Source: Candidatus Gottesmanbacteria bacterium
GTDB taxonomy: Bacteria; Patescibacteriota; Microgenomatia; UBA10105; UBA927
DNA length: 64,000 nucleotides
Direction of reading: 5' to 3'
Assembly (NCBI GenBank): GCA_023245355.1
Contig: JAHFKN010000003.1
Span: forward strand, 121,368-185,367
In this document: piece by piece, positions 35,330 to 46,083 of the stretch
How positions within the stretch are numbered: position 1 is the first letter of the stretch
Layout: every line of letters begins with the position of its first letter
The notes under the pieces: model-generated
What the model was told of the DNA's origin: nothing
The model's database searches: none
The model's input: only the letters and a program-made list of their open reading frames with translations
Position numbers and translations under genes: made by a program

Positions 35330-36796
35330 ATGTCTTTTTACCGCACATACCGCCCGCAGGTCATCGACGAAATCGATAACGCAAAAGTCAGGGAACAGTT
35401 GCTGGCGCTGCTTTCTAAAGACCGCAAAGAATTGCCGCACGCGTATTTTTTTACCGGGCCTAAAGGTACGGGGAAAACGACGGCCGCCCGGGTGATTGCT
35501 AAATTGTTTAACTGCGTAAAATTGACCAAATCCGGTCCGTGCGGCACATGCGAACAGTGCATGTCCATCTCAAACGGCACGAGCATGGATGTCGTGGAAA
35601 TGGATGCAGCCAGCAACCGCGGCATAGATGAGATCCGGCTGCTGCGGGAGCGCATCGGATTGTCTCCGGTTTCTTCAACATACACGATTTACATTATTGA
35701 CGAGGTGCACATGCTGACAACCGAAGCATTCAATGCACTGCTTAAAACGTTGGAAGAGCCGCCCGCCCATGCAGTATTTGTGCTGGCGACGACGGACGCG
35801 CATAAGGTTCCGGCGACGATTACATCCCGCTGTATGATCCTGCGGTTTGCCAAAGCGAGTAAAACGGAATTGCTTCATGCGTTAACCCGGGTAGTTACGG
35901 CGGAAAAAATCTCCATATCCGATGAGGCGCTTGAGAGGATAGCAGAACTTTCCGACGGTGCATTCCGGGACGCGGTGAAATTTCTGGAACAGGCAAGCTT
36001 TCACAAGGGGAAAATTGAACTGGAGCATATCGATGCGGCACTCTCATTATCGACCGGCCAGTTTGTTGCCGGATTCATATCGTATCTTGACGGGAAAGAC
36101 GCGTCGCAAACATCAGCCCTTGCACAGATAAAAGCCGCGGCAGAGGAAGGGATGGATATGCGCACGCTGGTGACCGACGTATTGTTGTATCTTCGGGCAA
36201 ATCTCATCGGACAGATAAACGGAACCGTGAGTGCGCCGGTAGTGTTTGCTGACAGGGAAAAACTGCAGCGGGCAATGTTTCTGTTTACGAAAGCGTACGG
36301 GGAATTGCGGTATACGCCGATCCCAGAGCTGCCGCTCGAACTTGCCGTGATTGAACTGTTTGCTCTGCCGGTCGCCCCTATGCATGAGAAGCAGGGACCG
36401 AAAGCCCCGCCAACCGGGCAAACGATGCCCGCCAAACCGGTTGAGCCTTCCGCAGCACCATCGGCAGAAACACCGGTTAAGACCGCTGCAGCACCGGCCC
36501 AGCAGCAACGGGAGGAGCCGGCGCATGTGTCTTTGGGTCTTCTGACACTTGATAAGCTTGTGGAACATTGGCCGGATTTTATCGCGGCAACCAAGCCCGA
36601 AAATCATTCCATTGCGGGGGTGCTGCGTTCCTCTAGACCGAAGAGTGTCGAAGATGGTATAGTGACGATTGAGGCCTTTTATAAATTTCATCAGGAAAAA
36701 TTGGCCGATATACGCACAAAACAGGTTCTGGCCGATGTGCTGAAGAAATTATTCGGCGAGAAGGTTAAAATAGAAATAGTACTTGGAAAAAAATAA
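35330..36796 (+). CDS. dnaX: DNA polymerase III subunit gamma/tau
   Basis: Walker A GPKGTGKTT, Zn module CGTCEQC, sensor motifs, and a P/A-rich linker. Confidence 0.85.
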   Translation: MSFYRTYRPQVIDEIDNAKVREQLLALLSKDRKELPHAYFFTGPKGTGKTTAARVIAKLFNCVKLTKSGPCGTCEQCMSISNGTSMDVVEMDAASNRGIDEIRLLRERIGLSPVSSTYTIYIIDEVHMLTTEAFNALLKTLEEPPAHAVFVLATTDAHKVPATITSRCMILRFAKASKTELLHALTRVVTAEKISISDEALERIAELSDGAFRDAVKFLEQASFHKGKIELEHIDAALSLSTGQFVAGFISYLDGKDASQTSALAQIKAAAEEGMDMRTLVTDVLLYLRANLIGQINGTVSAPVVFADREKLQRAMFLFTKAYGELRYTPIPELPLELAVIELFALPVAPMHEKQGPKAPPTGQTMPAKPVEPSAAPSAETPVKTAAAPAQQQREEPAHVSLGLLTLDKLVEHWPDFIAATKPENHSIAGVLRSSRPKSVEDGIVTIEAFYKFHQEKLADIRTKQVLADVLKKLFGEKVKIEIVLGKK

Positions 36797-36811
36797 ACTA
36801 AAGGAGGGTAT

Positions 36812-37078
36812 ATGTTTAATCCATTCAAAGCATTAGGTGACGTGAACGCGATGCGCAAACAGGCACTGCAGATCCAGCAGGCGCTGGAGCAGGAGGAATT
36901 CGAAGTGACACACGGCAATGTCCGTATTCTTATATCCGGCAACCAGAATGTCAAAGTTGTCGAGATTGACGGCGTGGCAAACCAGGATGTACAGAGCGCA
37001 TTAAATGAGGCTATCAAAAAAAGCCAGCAGGCAGCAGCGATGAAGCTTGCCGAAATCTCCAAAAATTTCCAACAATAA
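36812..37078 (+). CDS. ybaB: Nucleoid-associated protein YbaB/EbfC
   Basis: 88 aa, with conserved dnaX-ybaB-recR neighbourhood and typical composition. Confidence 0.7.
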   Translation: MFNPFKALGDVNAMRKQALQIQQALEQEEFEVTHGNVRILISGNQNVKVVEIDGVANQDVQSALNEAIKKSQQAAAMKLAEISKNFQQ

Positions 37079-38019
37079 TGAAGGAAATAGTCACGGGCTC
37101 GTTAGGGTACGACTATATTATGAATTTTTCCGGCCGGTTTGCCGACCGGATCATGCCGGATAAACTTCATCAGATCTCCTTAAGTTTCTTGGCAGATAAG
37201 CTTTCCAAAAACCTGGGAGGCACCGCGGGCAATCTTGCTTATACCTTAAAGCTTCTGGGGGAGGACCCCTATATCGTATCGACGGCAGGCAATGACTTTT
37301 CAGACTACCGTAAATTTCTCGAACAACACGGTATAGAGAGCGGAGGGATTAACGTGGTAACAAATGAACCCTGCGGAAGCTATCATGTCATCACCGACTC
37401 CAGCGATAACCAGATCGGTGCGTTTTATACGGGCGCTACGAAATACAACAAAGACCTTTCAGTGGTGACACCCGACAAACAGAGTTTTGTCGTGATCGGT
37501 CCTAATGATCCTGATGCGATGAAAAAGTTTGTTGCCGAGTGCCGCACGCAGGGATTGCGGTACCTCTATGATCCTGCGTTTCAGATAGGCAATTTTTCCG
37601 CAGATGATCTGAAGACCGCCATAGAGGGTGCGGAGCTTCTTATCGGTAACGACTATGAAATTGCCCTCATGGAACAAAAATTGGCGATTACCCACGAGGA
37701 ACTTATCCTGATGGGACCCAAAGCAGTTATCACCACATTAGGGGCGAAAGGGGCCGTCATTGAGACGAGGCATGAAGCAGTGCACATCAAGCCTGCCAAA
37801 CCCAAAAACGTCTCTGATCCTACCGGGGCGGGCGACGCGTTCAGAGGGGGATTTCTGGCCGGTTATCTCAAAGGATTTGATCTTGCGGTAGCAGGACAGA
37901 TGGGAGCAGTAGCCGCGGTGTACACTGTCGAAAAATACGGAACCATCACGCATCATTATACGAAAGACGAATTCGTCAGGCGGTATAAAGAAAACTATAA
38001 CCAACCGCTTCCGCTCTGA
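37078..38019 (+). CDS. PfkB-family carbohydrate/nucleoside kinase (possible adenosine kinase)
   Basis: DPTGAGDAFRGGFLAGYL is the PfkB signature 2. Adjacent to ahcY. Confidence 0.6.
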   Translation: MKEIVTGSLGYDYIMNFSGRFADRIMPDKLHQISLSFLADKLSKNLGGTAGNLAYTLKLLGEDPYIVSTAGNDFSDYRKFLEQHGIESGGINVVTNEPCGSYHVITDSSDNQIGAFYTGATKYNKDLSVVTPDKQSFVVIGPNDPDAMKKFVAECRTQGLRYLYDPAFQIGNFSADDLKTAIEGAELLIGNDYEIALMEQKLAITHEELILMGPKAVITTLGAKGAVIETRHEAVHIKPAKPKNVSDPTGAGDAFRGGFLAGYLKGFDLAVAGQMGAVAAVYTVEKYGTITHHYTKDEFVRRYKENYNQPLPL

Positions 38020-38027
38020 TTGTTTCC

Positions 38028-38576
38028 ATGAACAAGCAGCTTACATCGTTCCGCAGTAAAAAAGGCAATGACGTCGTGTTCCGGTATCCCCAAAAAACCG
38101 ATTTTGCAGACATGTATTCATTCGCGTGTGATATCGGTTCTGAGGATACATTTGTAGCTCTTGATGCGCCGCCGACGGAAAGCGAAGAGCGCGATTTTTT
38201 CGGCCGTATGATGCAGGATGTGGAACAGAAAGAATCCGTATATATCATGGCATATGTCGGGGGCACCTTTGCCGGTAACGGCCGGGTGAACCGCGGCAAA
38301 GGAAGGCACCGCCATATGGGAAGTATGGGGATATCGCTCCGGGTTGCTTTCCGGAATGAGGGAATCGGAACGGAGCTGATGAAATCCCTTATTGACGAGG
38401 CAAAAGCGCTTGGATTACGATTGCTCACGTTATCCTGCTTCGAGAATAACGTGCCCGCACTGCGGGTATACGAAAAACTTGGGTTTCAGAAAGCAGGAAC
38501 GATACCGGGAGCGATTGCATATAAAGGGAGTTATATAAACGAAGTGCATCTGTTTCTGCCCCTCGTAACCGAATAG
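38028..38576 (+). CDS. GNAT-family N-acetyltransferase
   Basis: Motif A RNEGIGTELM..., typical GNAT length of 182 aa. Confidence 0.6.
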   Translation: MNKQLTSFRSKKGNDVVFRYPQKTDFADMYSFACDIGSEDTFVALDAPPTESEERDFFGRMMQDVEQKESVYIMAYVGGTFAGNGRVNRGKGRHRHMGSMGISLRVAFRNEGIGTELMKSLIDEAKALGLRLLTLSCFENNVPALRVYEKLGFQKAGTIPGAIAYKGSYINEVHLFLPLVTE

Positions 38577-38588
38577 TTTACCTTTTGA

Positions 38589-39899
<1,311 letters not shown>

Positions 39900-39912
39900 T
39901 CCCGGATTACTG

Positions 39913-40452
39913 TTATGTAGGGGTTCCGCGGACATACAGGTGTCCCGTGTGAGTCCGCCGGCCTTTCATCTGGCTGAACGTCCATTGATGCCCGTCATGG
40001 TATCGCTGGCCGTCACCTAACCGCGTGGATATGCCGCTTGTGATATCTGCAATCAATATGTTCCGGTTGCGCCTGCCCCAGGGAAATACAATGGGGTAAA
40101 CGGTCGTCCGGAATCCGAACATTTCCCTCGAGACGTCAAACGCTTTCATTTGCGTATGCAGATTATCACAGAGCGCATCGAATGCTTCCATTGTCGTTCT
40201 GGCGTCCGATGGTTCCCATTGCCGGCGGTACGGAAAATACAGCTCATGCGGTATTCTGATGTCGACGTGGTCGAGCATGTCCTCAAAAATTCCCTCTGCG
40301 GCGTCGCGCACATCCCGGCGCGGGGAGTCTCTGGTAATAAGGGGGATATCAAACGATGCGCGGGGAATTGGCACCGCCCCGTTTCTAAGAAGAAACCTCA
40401 CGTCGCGTGTCAGCTTCTCTTTCTGCATGACAATACGCTCTCCGTCAAACAT
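39913..40452 (-). CDS. Hypothetical protein
   Basis: 179-aa ORF with no recognised domain. Confidence 0.3.
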   Translation of the reverse strand: MFDGERIVMQKEKLTRDVRFLLRNGAVPIPRASFDIPLITRDSPRRDVRDAAEGIFEDMLDHVDIRIPHELYFPYRRQWEPSDARTTMEAFDALCDNLHTQMKAFDVSREMFGFRTTVYPIVFPWGRRNRNILIADITSGISTRLGDGQRYHDGHQWTFSQMKGRRTHTGHLYVRGTPT

Positions 40453-40542
40453 AGTGTGCGGTATTATACCCGTAAGGGTTGCGGTCGTCTATCAGAAATT
40501 GATATTGCGCTCATTATTACCATGCAGTTACAATAATTACAG

Positions 40543-40962
40543 ATGGGCGTATTAGAGGCAGCAGCGGGTAAAGTGCGTCGCGCACTGAAAGAGATAACTA
40601 TCAGAACCCGATATGATCGGCAGGCTGTCCGATTGCTTCAGCCGTTTGTTGATGGTCGTTCTGTCGACTCCTCATGGTCTACCACATTCGATATGTATTT
40701 ATTAAACGGCGGCAGGGCCGATTTTGTTTCTGCCGCATCCGGACTGCTGCCGCCGGACAAAAGAGCCAGGTTGCTCGTTATCCTCGCCACTGAGATGAAA
40801 CAACAGACATTTCATCCGCGGTCCGACGCAAGCGACGGCGACATTATTCACGAGATATGGGCACGAAGCGGAGACAAAGATAAGCTCCGGGATGCTGTCC
40901 GATCGATGAAAATTCCCCGCGAGAAACGAGTAAGGGTGAGCGAAGCATTCGGTAATTGGTGA
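40543..40962 (+). CDS. Hypothetical protein
   Basis: 139 aa with no recognised domain. Confidence 0.3.
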   Translation: MGVLEAAAGKVRRALKEITIRTRYDRQAVRLLQPFVDGRSVDSSWSTTFDMYLLNGGRADFVSAASGLLPPDKRARLLVILATEMKQQTFHPRSDASDGDIIHEIWARSGDKDKLRDAVRSMKIPREKRVRVSEAFGNW

Positions 40963-41012
40963 GTACTGCTTCTTCTCTGGATTTTTGCATGTTTCCCGAC
41001 TACAATAACCAC

Positions 41013-42227
41013 ATGAGTTCATCTGCTAGGATATCACGCCGTCTTACTCAGGTTCCCGCAAGTCCCATCCGTAAACTCGTGCCATTTGCCGTTGCCGCCA
41101 AAAAAGAAGGCGTGCATGTGTATCACCTTAACATCGGTGACCCGGATATTAAAACCCCCGACGTCATGCTGAATGTGCTCAGGGATTGGGATAAAAATCC
41201 GATAGGCTACGACCAGTCACAGGGAAATCCTGAATTCCTGGAAGCGATGAGGACGTATTACCACGGGTTGGGATTCACGTTTATCGGTACAAAAAACATT
41301 CAGGTGACAAACGGAGGATCGGAAGCTATTTCTATGGCGTTGTTTGCCGTATGTAATCCCGGTGATGAGGTACTTACTTTTGAGCCTTTATATACCAATT
41401 ACAATTCATATGCCGTAGTAAACGGGGTGACGTTAAAAGGCATACTTACGTCGTCGGATACCGGATTTCATCTGCCAACGCGCGATGTGATAGAGAAAGC
41501 TGTAACAGACAAAACCCGGGCAATTCTCATATGTAATCCCAATAACCCGACGGGTACCGTGTATACCGCCGAAGAGATACGGATGCTTGTGGATATTGCA
41601 AAAGAGAAAGGATTATTCCTTCTGTCCGATGAGGTCTATCGTGAATACACCTACGACGGCAGAACGCATGTATCGCTTTTCACATTCATGCAGGAAATAC
41701 CGGACAAAGCGATCGTGCTTGACAGTATGTCCAAACGCTATAGTCTTTGCGGGGTGCGTTTGGGGACGCTGGTAACGTTAAATGAAGAGGTACTCTCCGG
41801 CATTCTTGCTATCGCGCAGGGACGGCTTTCATCCGGATTGGTCGACCAGGCAATCGCAGCAAAACTTACGGATGTTCCGGATTCGTATATGAGGGAAGTC
41901 CATGAGGAATATACCCGCCGCCGTGACGTGTTATACGATGGCCTGAGATCAATTCCCGGCGTCGTGATCCCCAAACCCGAAGGCGCATTCTATACCATTG
42001 TCGGTCTTCCGGTTGCCGATGCGGATGATTTCTGTAAATGGCTGCTTACGGATTTTCGGGATAACAATGAAACGGTGATGATAGCTCCCGCCGCGGGATT
42101 TTACGCGACCGCCGGGCGCGGGAAGAATGAAGTGCGGATTGCATATGTCCTCAACACGGCCGCGATTACGCGGTGTGTCGCACTTCTTAAGACCGCTCTG
42201 ACCGAATACGGAAAACGGAAGGCCTGA
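41013..42227 (+). CDS. Class I/II PLP-dependent aminotransferase (aspartate aminotransferase-like)
   Basis: SKRYSLCGVRLG (PLP Lys region SK...G.R.G), N-terminal SPIRKL. Start at ATG 41013. Confidence 0.7.
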   Translation: MSSSARISRRLTQVPASPIRKLVPFAVAAKKEGVHVYHLNIGDPDIKTPDVMLNVLRDWDKNPIGYDQSQGNPEFLEAMRTYYHGLGFTFIGTKNIQVTNGGSEAISMALFAVCNPGDEVLTFEPLYTNYNSYAVVNGVTLKGILTSSDTGFHLPTRDVIEKAVTDKTRAILICNPNNPTGTVYTAEEIRMLVDIAKEKGLFLLSDEVYREYTYDGRTHVSLFTFMQEIPDKAIVLDSMSKRYSLCGVRLGTLVTLNEEVLSGILAIAQGRLSSGLVDQAIAAKLTDVPDSYMREVHEEYTRRRDVLYDGLRSIPGVVIPKPEGAFYTIVGLPVADADDFCKWLLTDFRDNNETVMIAPAAGFYATAGRGKNEVRIAYVLNTAAITRCVALLKTALTEYGKRKA

Positions 42228-42236
42228 TTTTATCCC

Positions 42237-43004
42237 ATGAAAACAATCGGCAAAAAACCAAACGGCAAAAAACTCGTTCTTTTCGATATTGACGGCACAC
42301 TGGTTCAGACGGACCGGCAAAGTATCGATCAGTGGCGTATCCGTGTAGTGGAGGTATTTAAGGAAGTGTATTGCAAAGACTTGCCGGTGGATTTTGATCT
42401 TGCCCGTGTAAACGGGAAAGTGGAGCGGAGGTATTTTCGGGAAATTGCTGAAATGCTGGGCGTGACCAAAGATGAATTTGAAAAAAAGTTTCCGGCCGCC
42501 GCGGAAGCGTTCCACGTATTGCTTAAGCATCATATAGCGGAAAAAAATATAAACTTCACGAAGATTCCTGAAGCTGCCGATTTAGTAGGTATACTGGAGA
42601 AATCAGAATATATCCATATCGGTTTGGTGACGGGAAATATAGAAAAAAACGCCTGGCTTAAGCTGCAAAGCGCGGATTTTGCTGCCCCGTTTTCAGTGGG
42701 AGGATTCGGGGATACCGTTGAAGACCGCGGAGATCTGGTGTTGGAAGCTATCAGCAAGTCGGAGCGTCATTTTGGTGTTCGTTTCCGGAAGTCTGATATC
42801 ATCGTTGTCGGCGACACCATTCACGATATTGCATCGGCAAAGAAAGCCGGCGTCGTGTCGGTCGGTGTCGCTACGGGAATGACGGAGAGTTATGAGCAGT
42901 TGGCAGCCGCAGGGGGAGACCTTGTAGTGAATACCCTGATCGACGAGCCGATGTTTGCGCTTCTTGATATACCGAAATGGCCGCATGGGGAAAGCAGAAA
43001 GTGA
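42237..43004 (+). CDS. HAD-superfamily hydrolase (paralog A)
   Basis: LVLFDIDGTL motif I. 255 aa. Confidence 0.55.
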   Translation: MKTIGKKPNGKKLVLFDIDGTLVQTDRQSIDQWRIRVVEVFKEVYCKDLPVDFDLARVNGKVERRYFREIAEMLGVTKDEFEKKFPAAAEAFHVLLKHHIAEKNINFTKIPEAADLVGILEKSEYIHIGLVTGNIEKNAWLKLQSADFAAPFSVGGFGDTVEDRGDLVLEAISKSERHFGVRFRKSDIIVVGDTIHDIASAKKAGVVSVGVATGMTESYEQLAAAGGDLVVNTLIDEPMFALLDIPKWPHGESRK

Positions 43005-43009
43005 CAGCT

Positions 43010-43732
43010 ATGAATCAGGGAAAAAAGCTGGTGTTGTTTGATATAGACGGCACGCTTATCCGTGCACAAAGAATGGAAGACAATCTCCAGCGGTTTCCGT
43101 ATGCCATAAAAAAAGTGTTCGGTGTGGATATCGGCGTTTTTACGATGGCACGGTGGAAGTCAAAAAATTTTAACGGTATGGGCGACCGGTACATTCTCCG
43201 GGAGTTTACAAAAGAGTATGGCATCACAACGGATGCGCTCCTGGACAGGATTGGTGATATCGGTGATGCGTTTGCCGAGTATCTGGATAGCATAAAAAAC
43301 GGCGGGCCTTCATATGCAGTAATTCCCGACGCGAAAACGCTGGTTAATAAAGTCATCGCAGCAGAACACCTGTCTGAGGGCGTGCTTACCGGGAATCTGG
43401 GACCCGCAGCAAGCTGGAAGCTCCGGTCTGCGGGACTACCGGATATCGCATTCGGCGTCTATGGTCACGAAGCGGATGAACGGAATGACTTGGCCAGGCT
43501 TATTCCGCCGAAAGCAAAGGCGTATTTCGGACGGGAGTTTGCGCCCCGTGACATAATTATCATCGGTGATACGGTGCGTGATGCGGAATGTGCGCGTGTT
43601 ATCGGAGCGACGGTGATTATCGTGTCGACGGGGTGGGAGGTTACGAAAGAAGATTTTGCAGAGTTTCCTCCTGATCTTCACGTCGACTCACTCATGGACG
43701 AAAAGGTGCTTACCTTGTTAGGATTACAGTAA
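43010..43732 (+). CDS. HAD-superfamily hydrolase (paralog B)
   Basis: LVLFDIDGTL motif I and GDT.RD motif IV. Start at ATG 43010. Confidence 0.55.
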   Translation: MNQGKKLVLFDIDGTLIRAQRMEDNLQRFPYAIKKVFGVDIGVFTMARWKSKNFNGMGDRYILREFTKEYGITTDALLDRIGDIGDAFAEYLDSIKNGGPSYAVIPDAKTLVNKVIAAEHLSEGVLTGNLGPAASWKLRSAGLPDIAFGVYGHEADERNDLARLIPPKAKAYFGREFAPRDIIIIGDTVRDAECARVIGATVIIVSTGWEVTKEDFAEFPPDLHVDSLMDEKVLTLLGLQ

Positions 43733-44646
43733 TGAAACTATTTTCGGGAACATCAAATCAGCCCCTTGCAGCTGCAGTCGCAGATGCGCTTCATATTCCG
43801 CTGGGGGACGCGGAAATTACCCGTTTTATAGATAACGAATGCCGCGTTTTTGTGCGCGAGAGCGTTTCCGGTCACGAAGTGTTCGTTCTGCAGTCGCTGT
43901 CGGAAGTGGCAGATCAGAATCTTGTGGAGGTATGTCTTTTGGGTTCCGCCCTCAAAGATCTCGGAGCTAAAAAAGTGACTGCCGTCATCCCATGGATGGG
44001 CTACAGCAAGCAGGACAAGGCGTTCCGCAAAGGGGAAGCCATATCAGCCCAGTTAGTAGCCAAATTTATAGAGGCTGCCGGCTTTGATGCGGTGATTACG
44101 GCAGAGCTGCATTCGGAAAACGTCGTACCGTATTTCCGTATTCCGGTAACTGAGCTGTCGACACATACCATATTGGGTGCCGGGTTATTTTCTGCCCACC
44201 CGGATATGTCCAAGTCCGATGTTATCGTTGTTTCCCCGGACAAAGGCGGAAAATCCCGCTCGGAACGGTTTGCAGAGGAAATAGGCGTATCGGTCGTGTA
44301 CCTTGCCAAAACCCGCGATTTGGCAACCGGTACGGTGCAGGTGAGGGGAACGGACGGTGATGTGTCAGGGAAAACAGTTATCATGTTTGACGATATCATC
44401 AACACCGGTTCAACTGCTCTTAAAACAAGTGAGTTTGTAAAACAAAACGGAGCTACGTCCGTATATTTTCTGGCGACGCACGCGGTGCTGGCCGGTTCGG
44501 CACCGCAGGATTTAGAGCGGAGCGTGATAGATCAGGTCGTTGTGACGGACACAATCGCAATCCCCAAACATAAGCGGTTTCCCAAGCTTATTGTGGCATC
44601 GGTTTCCTCGCTTCTTGCTGATGCAATCAAAGGGCAAACCAAGTAA
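43732..44646 (+). CDS. prs: Ribose-phosphate pyrophosphokinase
   Basis: PRPP synthetase hallmarks (DDIINTGST PRPP-binding loop). 304 aa. Confidence 0.8.
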   Translation: MKLFSGTSNQPLAAAVADALHIPLGDAEITRFIDNECRVFVRESVSGHEVFVLQSLSEVADQNLVEVCLLGSALKDLGAKKVTAVIPWMGYSKQDKAFRKGEAISAQLVAKFIEAAGFDAVITAELHSENVVPYFRIPVTELSTHTILGAGLFSAHPDMSKSDVIVVSPDKGGKSRSERFAEEIGVSVVYLAKTRDLATGTVQVRGTDGDVSGKTVIMFDDIINTGSTALKTSEFVKQNGATSVYFLATHAVLAGSAPQDLERSVIDQVVVTDTIAIPKHKRFPKLIVASVSSLLADAIKGQTK

Positions 44647-44661
44647 AATGATCGGTACAAT

Positions 44662-45285
44662 ATGGCATTGCTTCCTAAATCCTTATCGCGGGTTATAGAA
44701 TCGTTCGAGCGGCTTCCCGGCGTAGGCCCCAAGAGCGCGCAGCGTCTGGCGTTTTATCTTTTGCATGTGCCGCAGGAAGACCTCGATCAGTTTGCTAGTA
44801 GTTTGGAAAACCTCAAGCGCAATACCGTACTGTGCTCTATATGTAAAAATGTGACGGAACGTGACCCTTGTGTCGTCTGCGGCAATCCTAACCGGGACAC
44901 GCGTACCGTGTGTGTCGTGGAACAGCCTACGGATGTACTGTCGATTGAAAAAACCGGGAAATTCCACGGGGTATATCATGTGCTGCACGGCAGCATTGAT
45001 CCCCTGAATAATATCGGTCCGGACGAAATCTATATCGCGGATTTGCTCAAACGCATAAAAGATGCGCACTATCCGGTAGAAGAAGTTATCGTCGCAACCA
45101 ATCCGAATATGGAAGGGGAAGCGACGGCCATGTATATACAGAAACAAATCGACCGTTTAGCAGAGCAAAACGGCAGTGTTATAAAAGTAACCCGTTTAGC
45201 GCACGGTCTTCCGGTCGGAGCCGACATAGAATATGCTGATGAAGTGACATTGTCTCGCGCTCTGGAAGGCAGGACAGCATACTGA
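44662..45285 (+). CDS. recR: Recombination protein RecR
   Basis: HhH LPGVGPKSAQRLAFYLL, C4 zinc finger CSICKN...CVVC, Toprim region. Confidence 0.8.
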   Translation: MALLPKSLSRVIESFERLPGVGPKSAQRLAFYLLHVPQEDLDQFASSLENLKRNTVLCSICKNVTERDPCVVCGNPNRDTRTVCVVEQPTDVLSIEKTGKFHGVYHVLHGSIDPLNNIGPDEIYIADLLKRIKDAHYPVEEVIVATNPNMEGEATAMYIQKQIDRLAEQNGSVIKVTRLAHGLPVGADIEYADEVTLSRALEGRTAY

Positions 45286-45286
45286 T

Positions 45287-45592
45287 ATGGTGACCAAAAA
45301 ACAGGTTGAAGACGTGTTGAAATCCATTCCCGATCCCGAAATCGGCGTCTCACTGTGGGATCTCGGTTTGATTTACGGCGTTTCCATAGACAAAAAAACA
45401 GGAAACGTATGCGTTCAGATGACATTAACGACTATCGGGTGCCCGCTGTTTTCCCTTATTTCAGAACCGATCAAAAGCGAAGTGGGGAAGCTTTCCGGGG
45501 TCAAAGGGGTAGATGTCGATCTTACGTTTGATCCGCCGTGGAGTCCTGAACGGATGAGTAAATCAGCCAAACAGCAGCTGGGCTTTGTGTAA
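45287..45592 (+). CDS. DUF59/MIP18-family Fe-S cluster assembly protein (SufT-like)
   Basis: VLKSIPDPEIGVSLWDLGLIYGV...TLTTIGCPL matches the DUF59 pattern. Confidence 0.55.
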   Translation: MVTKKQVEDVLKSIPDPEIGVSLWDLGLIYGVSIDKKTGNVCVQMTLTTIGCPLFSLISEPIKSEVGKLSGVKGVDVDLTFDPPWSPERMSKSAKQQLGFV

Positions 45593-45593
45593 T

Positions 45594-46070
45594 ATGGCAA
45601 ATACAGGAAGTATCTTACAGCAGATCGGTGAGTCGTTTGAAACGATAGCAAAAGATGTGGCCCGCGAAACAGTGCAGGCTCCGAAAGATATCGTCGGTAC
45701 GGCGCTGGAGAGTTTGGGGGCTTCCTCCGGGCAAAAAAAGCCGAAACAGCAGTCTGCTGCTTCCGCAGGATCCCCGTCTCAGGAAAGTACAGGGGGAGAA
45801 GTGCAGACCGGTCCGAGTGATGAGGTGAAACGGGCAATTGCCCGGGCAGCGCTGGAAGAGTTGTCGGGTAAATCCCGTCAGAAAGAAATGAGTGTATGGG
45901 AAAAGCTTCAGAAAGAAGAAGAGCAAAAGAAAGAAATGGAGAAGAAGCAGCAAGCTGAAGCAGCCAAAAAATCGCTGCCGCAGTCTTCCAGCAAACGCCC
46001 GCGCGGCGACTTGTACGGCAAAAAAGCCAAACAAACAAATATAGAAAACAAAGGAAAACGACAGGACTGA
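45594..46070 (+). CDS. Hypothetical low-complexity K/E/Q-rich protein
   Basis: 158 aa from ATG 45594 (MANTGS...), disordered and charged. TAATATG junction with the upstream gene. Confidence 0.35.
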   Translation: MANTGSILQQIGESFETIAKDVARETVQAPKDIVGTALESLGASSGQKKPKQQSAASAGSPSQESTGGEVQTGPSDEVKRAIARAALEELSGKSRQKEMSVWEKLQKEEEQKKEMEKKQQAEAAKKSLPQSSSKRPRGDLYGKKAKQTNIENKGKRQD

Positions 46071-46083
46071 TATACTATAGTAC

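Noticed and set aside
39913-40452. 179-aa minus-strand ORF as a metallophosphoesterase
   Set aside because: The initial impression from His/Asp content could not be supported by any ordered motif set (GDxHG...GNHE). Left as hypothetical.
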